From Zygophlyctis sp. KS116 (Eukaryota > Fungi > Chytridiomycota): 7,029 bases of DNA. Below are positions 1 to 7,029 of this stretch, one piece after another. The stretch spans positions 1 through 7,029 of the forward strand of contig BAAFSQ010000421.1 in assembly GCA_054661495.1 (NCBI GenBank). The letters run 5' to 3'. The translations under genes and the position numbers were made by a program. The notes under the pieces were generated by a model, which did no database searches, was not told the DNA's origin, and saw nothing but the letters and a program-made list of their open reading frames with translations. How positions within the stretch are numbered: position 1 is the stretch's first letter; every line of letters begins with the position of its first letter.

Positions 1-2
1 CT

Positions 3-563
3 TATGGAACTCCACTACCAGACTTCCCAGAGATCCCTTATGGAACTCCACTACCTGAAATCGGATATGGAACTCCATTACCTGATTACCCTGAAATCCC
101 TTATGGAACTCCATTACCAGACTTCCCAGAGATCCCTTATGGAACACCACTACCTGAAATCGGATATGGAACACCAGTACCTGAAATCCCCTATGGAACT
201 CCATTACCAGACTTCCCAGAGATCCCTTATGGAACACCAGTACCTGAAGTTGGATATGGAACTCCTGCACCGATAGTTACACCTCTACCAGAAGTTGGAT
301 ATGGAACTCCTGCACCGATAGTTACGCCTCTACCTGAAGTTGGATATGGAACTCCTGCACCAACAGCTACGCCTCTACCAGAAGTTGGATATGGAACTCC
401 TGCACCGATTGTTACGCCTCTACCTGAAGTTGGATATGGAACTCCTGCACCGATAGTTACACCTATTCCTGAAGTGCCTTATGGAACTCCAGTGCCTCAA
501 GTTGGATATGGAACTCCTGCACCAGTAGCTACACCTGCACCAGAAGTTGGATATGGAGCCCCC
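3..563 (+). repeat. Coding minisatellite: 16 TATGGA (YG) anchored units of 27, 36 or 45 nt
   Basis: TATGGA starts at 3, 39, 66, 102, 138, 165, 192, 228, 255, 300, 345, 390, 435, 480, 507 and 552. Spacings are 36,27,36,36,27,27,36,27,45,45,45,45,45,27,45. Confidence 0.95.
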
Positions 564-656
564 CAAGCATTGCTACCACATGTGAAAATGGACGAGGATG
601 TTTTTGATTCTGATAAATTTGAAGATTTAGAATATGATATGGAAATGGATAATTAA
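3..656 (+). CDS. 3' part (217 aa visible, 5'-truncated by the window) of a Pro/Tyr/Gly/Thr-rich repeat protein with an acidic C-terminal tail; probable paralog of 917..2639
   Basis: Frame starting at base 3 is stop-free to TAA 654-656 and is the same frame as ORF 474..656: YGTPLPDFPEIPYGTPLPEIGYGTPLPDYPEIP...YGTPAPIVTPLPEVG...YGAPQALLPHVKMDEDVFDSDKFEDLEYDMEMDN*. Many differences between repeat copies are synonymous in this frame (cca/cct, aca/acg, cta/tta). Confidence 0.88.
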   Translation, partial: YGTPLPDFPEIPYGTPLPEIGYGTPLPDYPEIPYGTPLPDFPEIPYGTPLPEIGYGTPVPEIPYGTPLPDFPEIPYGTPVPEVGYGTPAPIVTPLPEVGYGTPAPIVTPLPEVGYGTPAPTATPLPEVGYGTPAPIVTPLPEVGYGTPAPIVTPIPEVPYGTPVPQVGYGTPAPVATPAPEVGYGAPQALLPHVKMDEDVFDSDKFEDLEYDMEMDN

Positions 657-736
657 GAAGCCAATTCAGGCAAAAATTGGAGACTAGGATTTTTCTATAG
701 TAGTAATTGAATCATATCAATATTTGTTGGAATGCA

Positions 737-742
737 AATAAA
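737..742 (+). terminator. Possible polyadenylation signal of gene 1
   Basis: AATAAA about 80 nt downstream of the stop codon. The AT-rich context makes a chance match likely. Confidence 0.3.
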
Positions 743-916
743 AATTTTGGAATTATAATTGTTTTAAAAATATAACCTAAGAAGTCTGGATGAATAAGAT
801 CGGACATTTTTTAGAGTGTGTAACGTGGCAAATGAACATGCAGTAACGAGGAAAATATGAAAATTTTGTAATGAAAATTTGCCCAGGGGCCTGCGTAGCA
901 ATTTTGAAAATAAGAA

Positions 917-2639
917 ATGTTATTCATCAATACTGCGATCGCATTGACATTTTTGCCATCTATTCTCTCTGCCCCTGCATCATCAGCTGGAACTCTGGCT
1001 AGAGATGATCTTGAAGGTGGATTTTCTAATGATTTCATGACACCTATGGAAAGGGAAGATGAACTAAATGATGATTATGAATTTGGTCAAACAAATGCCA
1101 ATTACAAGCATCGCATGCATGAAGCATCAGGTGCTGATGGAGATGATAATGCTTTTATGTATTCTGGTATTAGGGATTTTGATCAGGAGGAGAAGACATT
1201 TGCTGACAGAAGAATTAAGGAAGCAAACATCGACTACACCGTCATGGTTAAAACCGGTGATAAATGGGTTTCTGGAACAGATTCCAAATTTTTTATAACA
1301 ATCGGTGATGCTAACGGAAGCACTGTCAGTACCTATTTATCTAAAAGTGGATGGTTTGACCAAAAAACTAAAAGGCATCATTCTGGAGCTTTCAAATTCT
1401 CCACGACTTTAAAACTTGATGAAATTTGTGTTATCACAATTGGCAATGATATGAAGGAATGGCTACCAAGTTGGTAAATTTTTGACTTAACTAATATATA
1501 GGTACTTGGAATCTGTCACTGTAAAACGTGGACTGGAATCTTGGGATTTTCCTGTCAAAAAATGGATCAATCGTAAAAATGGAGAAAATGGTCGTGCTGT
1601 TGTAACAGTAAATAACTGTGCTATTAATCCTTTTGCAATGGATGTTAGTGACAAGAAAACATCATTATTTGAACGATCAAAGTTTGAAATAACTTCTAGT
1701 GCGCCTATCTTTAATTTTGCCCCAAAAATGCATGATGTAGATGATCTGAATTATGAAGATGAAGAAATTAATTATGATGAAATCGACGACAACATTGATT
1801 TGCCTCACCCCACTAAAGATATTGTGGCTTCCACTCCATGCACTAAATCAGTTTTGCCAACTCCTTTGCCTGAAGTATCTACTCCATGCACTAAATCAGT
1901 TTTGCCAACTCCTTTGCCAGAGGTATCTACTCCATGCACCAAATCAGTTTTGCCAACACCTGTTTCTGAAGTATCTACTCCATGCACCAAATCAGTGTTG
2001 CCAACTCCTTTGCCTGAAGTATCTACTCCGTGCACTAAATCAGTGTTGCCAACTCCTTTGCCTGAAGTATCTACTCCATGTACTAAGAGTGCAAACCCAA
2101 CTCCAGTTCCTGAAAGTTACGGGCCAATACTACCTATGACTCCTGAAGATGAAGACGATTACTCTTTTGGGCCTGAAGACTTTCCTGAATACGGACTACC
2201 TGAAACCCCTCTACCCGACTATGGTTACGGTCCAGCTCATACTCTTTTACCGGATTATCCAGAAGACATTTCAGAATATGGACCAATTCCAACTGGACTT
2301 CCTTCTGTAATTCCAGATGATATATTCCCAGCTACTGGATCTTATGAAACCCCAGTACCAGCTCCTCGCCCAAAGAGAAAATGTAGACAAAAGCCTACCC
2401 TTACTGGCTATGGAACTCCTTTGCCTCCTGTTGGCTATAGAACTCCCTCATCTCAAAATGGATATGGACTACCTCAATCATTGGTTCCTACAGTCAAAAA
2501 TATTGGTTCAGATATATCTGGCGTGGACGATACAAACGACTTGATCTTTGGGGACATTGACGATGAAATTGACATGGAAGATAAAGAGGAAATTGGAAAG
2601 TCTAAATTAACAGATTATAAATTTCCACTAAGAAAATAA
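917..2639 (+). CDS. Secreted PLAT/LH2-domain protein with Cys-containing Pro/Thr-rich repeats and YG-P motifs; join(917..1473,1502..2639), 564 aa
   Basis: ORFs 917..1477 and 1506..2639 join through GT-AG intron 1474..1501, restoring WLPSW|YLESVTVKRGLESWDFPVKKWI, which matches the PLAT C-terminal pattern PxWxLxxVxV...FP..W. The N-terminus MLFINTAIALTFLPSILS-AP looks like a signal peptide. No C-terminal transmembrane or GPI-like hydrophobic stretch is visible. Confidence 0.88.
1235..1568 (+). other. PLAT/LH2 beta-sandwich domain (interrupted by the intron)
   Basis: YTVMVKTGDKWVSGTDSKFFITIGDANG...F...LDEICVITIGND...PSWYLESVTV...WDFPVKKWI fits the PLAT consensus Y.V.V.TG....aGTd..v.i...G..G...lg.i..i.i..D....p.W.l..V.V....F....W. 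Recognised by eye; no HMM was run. Confidence 0.82.
1474..1501 (+). other. 28-nt spliceosomal intron (phase 2, splits a Trp codon)
   Basis: GTAAATTTTTGACTTAACTAATATATAG has a GTAAAT donor, a CTAAT branch-like motif at 1491-1495 and a TAG acceptor. Removing it restores the frame and the PLAT motif. Confidence 0.88.
1830..2117 (+). repeat. Six tandem 48-nt coding repeats, consensus STPCTKSVLPTPLPEV
   Basis: Units start at 1830, 1878, 1926, 1974, 2022 and 2070. Copy 3 ends PVSEV and copy 6 is degenerate (STPCTKSANPTPVPES). Confidence 0.95.
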
Positions 2640-2682
2640 AATTTTGAAACTGATTAGTCAACATTGAGGCGTTTTGTGGCAA

Positions 2683-2722
2683 CATCTTGAAACATCAGGA
2701 AAATTCTGGAAGGCTCTAGATG
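2683..2722 (+). promoter_or_regulatory. Heat-shock element (HSF binding site) of hsp70
   Basis: Perfect core gGAAaaTTCtgGAAg at 2698-2712 sits in an in-phase array of eight pentamers: cATCt tGAAa cATCa gGAAa aTTCt gGAAg gCTCt aGATg. It ends about 50 nt upstream of the hsp70 ATG. Confidence 0.85.
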
Positions 2723-2736
2723 TTTGAGATTGCTGT

Positions 2737-2744
2737 GATAAAAG
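2737..2744 (+). promoter_or_regulatory. TATA-like element of hsp70
   Basis: GATAAAAG, one mismatch from TATAAAAG, lies between the HSE and the A-rich start context aaaaaaaaATG. Confidence 0.4.
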
Positions 2745-2773
2745 CGCCCCAACCGCTTCTTTAAGAAAAAAAA

Positions 2774-4745
2774 ATGACAAAAGCCGTTGGAATTGATTTG
2801 GGAACTACCTACTCTTGTGTAGGAGTCTGGCAAAATGATCGAGTTGAAATTATTGCAAACGATCAGGGAAATCGTACTACTCCATCTTATGTTGCTTTTA
2901 CTGATTCTGAAAGATTGATTGGAGATGCTGCTAAAAATCGGGTTTCCATTAATCCTCACAATACTGTTTTTGATGCTAAACGTCTTATCGGAAGACGCTT
3001 TGATGCTCCAGAAGTGCAATCTGACATGAAGCACTGGCCATTCAAGGTTATTAACAAGGATACTAAACCTGTCATTCAAGTAAGATATTTTGAAATTAAT
3101 AATTTAGGCAGAATATAAGGGTGAAGTCAAAACTTTTACTCCAGAAGAAATCTCTTCAATGGTTTTGTTGAAGATGAAGGAGACTGCCGAAGCCTATTTG
3201 GGAGGAATTGTCAAGGATGCAGTTGTCACTGTTCCTGCTTACTTTAATGACTCTCAACGTCAAGCAACCAAGGATGCTGGTGTTATTGCAGGATTAAATG
3301 TCTTGCGTATTATCAATGAACCTACTGCTGCTGCAATTGCCTATGGTTTAGATAAGAAGGGAACTGGAGAACAAAATGTCTTGATTTTCGATTTGGGTGG
3401 TGGTACCTTTGATGTCTCTCTCTTGACCATTGAAGATGGTATCTTTGAAGTTAAGGCTACTGCTGGTGATACTCATTTGGGAGGTGAAGATTTTGATAAC
3501 AGACTTGTGTCTCATTTCTGTGAAGAGTTTAAGAGAAAATTCAAAAAGGATATGTCTACTAATCCAAGAGCTTTGCGAAGATTGAGAACTTCTTGTGAAA
3601 GAGCCAAGCGTACTCTCTCATCTGCTACTCAAACTTCTATTGAAATAGACTCTCTCTTTGAAGGCATTGATTTCTATACTTCAATTACTCGTGCCCGTTT
3701 TGAAGAGCTTTGTGCTGATTTGTTCCGTGGAACTCTTGAGCCAGTTGAAAAGGTACTAAGGGATTCAAAAATTGATAAGGCCTCTGTGCATGACATTGTA
3801 TTGGTTGGAGGATCTACCCGTATCCCAAAGGTTCAGAAATTGGTATCTGATTTCTTCAATGGAAAGGAACCTAATAAGTCTATCAACCCTGATGAAGCTG
3901 TTGCATATGGTGCTGCAGTCCAAGCCGCTATCTTGACTGGTGACACCTCAGAAAAGACACAAGATCTGCTTTTGTTGGATGTTGCTCCTCTCTCTTTAGG
4001 AATTGAAACTGCCGGTGGAGTCATGACACCTCTAATTAAGAGAAATACCACTGTTCCAACCAAAAAGTCTGAAGTATTCTCCACATATGCCGATAACCAG
4101 CCTGGTGTATTAATTCAAGTTTACGAAGGTGAACGTGCTAGAACAAAAGACAACAATATTTTGGGTAAATTTGAATTGTCTGGTATCCCTCCTGCTCCAC
4201 GTGGTGTTCCTCAAGTGGAAGTTACATTTGATGTTGATGCTAATGGTATTTTGAATGTATCTGCTGTTGACAAGACAACTGGACGCTCAAATAAGATCAC
4301 AATTACCAATGACAAAGGTCGATTATCCAAGGAAGATATTGAACGCATGGTTTCAGATGCTGAAAAATACAAGGCTGAAGATGAGGCTGCTGCTGAACGT
4401 ATTCAAGCTCGCAACGGCCTTGAATCTTATGCCTACAATATGAGAAATACTCTTCAGGATGATAAGGTTGGTGGAAAATTAGAAGCTGATGATAAAACCA
4501 AATTAGAAGCTGCAATTGATGAGGCTATCAAATGGTTAGACGCCAATAATGAAGCATCAAAGGAGGAATTTGAACATCACCAGAAAGAATTAGAGAAGCT
4601 TGCCAATCCAATTATGATGAAATTATACTCTGCCGGTGGTGCTCCTGGTGGAATGCCTCCTGGTGGATTCCCTGGTGGCGCTCCTGGTGGATTCCCAGGT
4701 GCAGGAGCTGAATCATCTGGACCAACTGTTGAAGAAGTCGATTAA
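2774..4745 (+). CDS. HSP70: Cytosolic Hsp70 (SSA/HSPA-type) chaperone; join(2774..3079,3108..4745), 647 aa
   Basis: Signatures [51 protein letters not shown], linker DLLLLDV, GGMP-type tail and C-terminal GPTVEEVD. Splicing 3080..3107 gives the conserved KPVIQ|[20 protein letters not shown]. Confidence 0.98.
3080..3107 (+). other. 28-nt spliceosomal intron (phase 0) in hsp70
   Basis: GTAAGATATTTTGAAATTAATAATTTAG has a GTAAGA donor, a TTAAT branch-like motif at 3096-3100 and a TAG acceptor. Removal restores the conserved Hsp70 frame with no gap. Confidence 0.93.
4635..4700 (+). repeat. GGXP low-complexity repeats in the Hsp70 C-terminal tail
   Basis: Encodes [22 protein letters not shown], typical of cytosolic Hsp70s. 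Confidence 0.85.
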
Positions 4746-5767
4746 ATGACTAGCATTAGGAATTAAGAAATTGTTATTCTTTACTAATTGTGTATTTATG
4801 AGCCATTGGTCCGGAAACTAGAATTGAGGAGTAGCTGTAACCTCTGAGGATCAGCAGAAAGTGATAGATTTCTCTTAGAATGAGTGCCGAGAAAAGTTCT
4901 TTTAAGCACTCTTTGGTATATTAAATGAGAAAACTCAAATCTCACTGAGATAAGTAAATGTTATGCAACTATGTCTGATTTTCCTAATTTCCAATATTAT
5001 TACCAAAAATGATTTTACTGATATTGCAAGATTTCAGGTGATTGAATTAACTTGACAATGGAAGATAAGTTTCAGTTCCATGTCTCAATCCGACTAGTCA
5101 AACAAATACTTTTACTACGATTATAGATTCTTAACATGGATATTTAAGTTGAAACTTTTAAAAGAAGGCTGCTAAATAATTTTAAATGCCAGCTACCTCG
5201 TTTCCAAATTAAGTCATCTAGATTTAGATAGAAATCAGAGATCCCAGACATAATTTTAGTCCCGATAATGATTCTTTCCTTTCAATCCTTTTCATTCAAA
5301 TAGTTTATAATGATCATATTGTACCGGATATTAAGATTTTGGAAAGAGTGTCTTCAGACTATCAAACTGGAAAATTACAATCTTTAAAGGTTATAATATA
5401 TATTTTGGAAAAGTTGAACTCTGTTGAAGGAGAACGGATAAATAGATATAAAGTGACGATTCTATGATCGCAGTTTTTACAAGTTAAATGAGAAGTACTT
5501 AAATCCCACCTTCGGCCCAGTTATGAAAGATTTGTCCAATTGCAGAGGAGTTAAATAAAACTGGACATATAGTTTTAATAAAATCTATTAAAATATTGTG
5601 ATTTAATGACTTGAAATGGTATTCCTGTCCGATAATCAATAAAACATAAGATATTGTAATAACATCTCTTTCCCCCTTGCAGACACATCAAGTTTAGAAC
5701 AATGGTACCTGTACAACAAATAATCATTCATCTTATACTCAAAATTTATTTTTCAAAAAAATATATG

Positions 5768-7029
5768 CAGGCCTCTAAATCATTCCTCCATTTAAATAAT
5801 TTCATCGTTTTATTCTTATTGATCCGATATTTAAAAAATGGAAAAAGATGATAAAAGAATCTAGATAATCTTTCAATATATATTTCAATTTTTTAGGATC
5901 TGTCCTTGTTCACAACTTTAGACATGAGTTGTAAATCTTTACTCCAAAAATCCGAATGAAGTTTCAGAAAAAGCTGCATCTCTAGATTCACAAAAAATCT
6001 TTCCAGTGTTTGAGGTAGATGGGATCCAATTGACATTATCATATACTAACGGTATTGCCCTGACTGCTGCAGGCAGAATATCATCACTAGAATAAACATT
6101 TTGAGGTTTTAGAAAGCATTTAACTTGAGATTTCTCCACAATGGTTAATTCTTATTAATTATGGTTACAAAGTTTCACTACTGCTGATTCGAAAGAAGCT
6201 GAGTGAACCACTCGTGAAGAATTGAGTAGATGATCCTTACAAAAATAATCTCTAAATATTTTAAGATATTTAAGAATCAAAAATGATTATAGCATCTGCT
6301 AGTTCATCTTGTAAACAGACAAGCGGTTGCTGCTTGAAATTCCTTAAGAGCAGAATTATACATTTCTGTCAGCAAATTGATCTCCCGCGCAGTTGGCACT
6401 AAATCAGCCACCTCACGATACTGAGTTGGCAGCTATCTTTAATTGCTAGATATCTTTCTATCATCATAAATGAGCTTCCCCATCTAGTAATATTTCTGCG
6501 AATCGCAGTAAGATGAGTTTCCTGCCGTAGTCTAGCGGCAAACTTAATAGTTTGCAAATTGTTCATTAGTTAATCTACTTTTGAAAGTAAAGGCTCATAA
6601 TTCTGGAATGTGTTTGAATAGCCAGGTTGAGCCTTTGACTTGCACATCCTATAAGGCTAATTGATGTATCATCGCTTAATTTACAGTTTACTGAGCAATT
6701 ATCACCACAAAAGAACAAGACATTAACAAGAGATTTCGCATATAAAGACAAAGCCCCAATAATAAGTTTTTGTAATCTTGTAGCCGAAAAATCATCTTCC
6801 TGGATTGGCGGTGAAAATGATAAAAGTAAAATTCTGAATTTCAGATTTTGTTAAAGCAGGCAAATATTGCAAAAAAATGTCCACTTTCTCTGACCATCCA
6901 TCTAGAACCAGTCCAAACTGCGCAGGCAAAAACAGGTATCGAATCTGAAATTCTTGTTCTTGTTGTTGATTTGCATCCTTTTTTAGAATCCAATATATCA
7001 TTTCTTCTGATTTCTTTAATTTTTCCAAT
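5768..7029 (-). mobile_element. Inactive hAT-superfamily DNA transposon relic (left boundary tentative)
   Basis: Contains the transposase pseudogene. A candidate terminus CAGGCCTCTAAA at 5768 begins with CAG like many hAT TIRs and lies about 125 nt past the transposase stop. The partner end is not in the window. Confidence 0.6.
5893..7029 (-). pseudogene. Decayed hAT-like (RNase H-fold DDE) transposase; may extend beyond the window
   Basis: Minus-strand translation across frames gives ordered motifs: LPAQFGLVLDGWS (D 6900-6902), GHFFAIFACF, LLLSFSPPIQEDDFSA, FFCGDNCSVN (D 6701-6703), LIGCASQRLNLAI (degenerate CxxH, 6635-6646), RRNITRWGSSFMMIERY (TRW 6480-6488), VVHSASFESAVVKL, WIPSTSN (6008-6028), LERFF (E 6001-6003) and NLEMQLFLKLHSDFW...KDRS* (stop 5893-5895). 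At least 7 frameshifts and several in-frame stops. Confidence 0.88.

Noticed and set aside
4-276. ORF MELHYQTSQRSL... with periodic repeats
   Set aside because: Shifted-frame shadow of the YGTP repeat gene. The frame from base 3 stays open to 656 and carries the synonymous variation.
3-563. Repeat array as a CRISPR locus
   Set aside because: The inter-repeat segments are themselves repeated and in frame with no unique spacers. The context is eukaryotic and no cas genes are present.
885-889. STRE-like AGGGG in a small GC-rich patch upstream of gene 2
   Set aside because: A single 5-mer is too weak to call, and use of STRE in this lineage is unknown.
811-1298. ORFs 811..1038 (-) and 1068..1298 (+)
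   Set aside because: Overlapping antisense and alternate-frame shadows of the PLAT gene with no recognisable features.
1753-2544. ORFs 1753..2139 (+), 1805..2035 (-) and 2317..2544 (+)
   Set aside because: Alternate-frame or antisense readings; the first two stay open because the 48-nt repeat unit lacks stops in those frames.
917-2639. Two separate genes (917..1477 and 1506..2639)
   Set aside because: A canonical 28-nt intron joins them and restores a continuous PLAT domain. The second ORF starts at TTG, not ATG.
3080-3158. hsp70 as a frameshifted pseudogene or split gene
   Set aside because: The break is exactly explained by a GT-AG intron, and all conserved motifs are intact.
2654-4515. 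Antisense and alternate ORFs over hsp70 (2654..3079, 3833..4084, 4255..4443, 4303..4515)
   Set aside because: Antisense ORFs opposite Hsp70 genes are a known by-product of codon bias, often misannotated as NAD-glutamate dehydrogenase. Here they are short and broken.
5939-7028. ORFs 5939..6139 and 6792..7028 as independent small genes, or as exons of a functional micro-intron gene
   Set aside because: They are fragments of the transposase. The frame changes are small indels with in-frame stops inside conserved blocks, not 28-nt GT-AG insertions.
5893-7029. RIP (repeat-induced point mutation) as the cause of decay
   Set aside because: Damage includes many indels and a deletion, and CpA and CpG dinucleotides remain common. 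It cannot be assessed without an intact copy.

Overview
Eukaryotic, AT-rich, gene-dense DNA, probably from an early-diverging fungus or close relative (inferred from the Hsp70 sequence and very short introns). Left to right: (1) the 3' end of a Pro/Tyr/Gly-rich repeat-protein gene, open from base 3 to 656 with 16 YG[T/A]P motifs, which the ORF track only partly shows; (2) a two-exon, 564-aa secreted protein (signal peptide, acidic region, PLAT/LH2 domain, six Cys-containing 16-aa repeats, YG-P-rich region, acidic tail) that appears paralogous to gene 1; (3) a cytosolic Hsp70 (647 aa, ending EEVD) with an extended heat-shock element in a 134-bp intergenic gap; (4) about 1.1 kb of mostly unexplained AT-rich DNA; (5) a heavily decayed hAT-like DDE transposase on the minus strand, read across at least 7 frameshifts. 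Both introns found are exactly 28 nt. The best candidate for an undescribed system is the tandem pair of Tyr- versus Cys-bearing proline-rich repeat proteins, one with a PLAT domain, which may form a cross-linked extracellular wall or adhesive.
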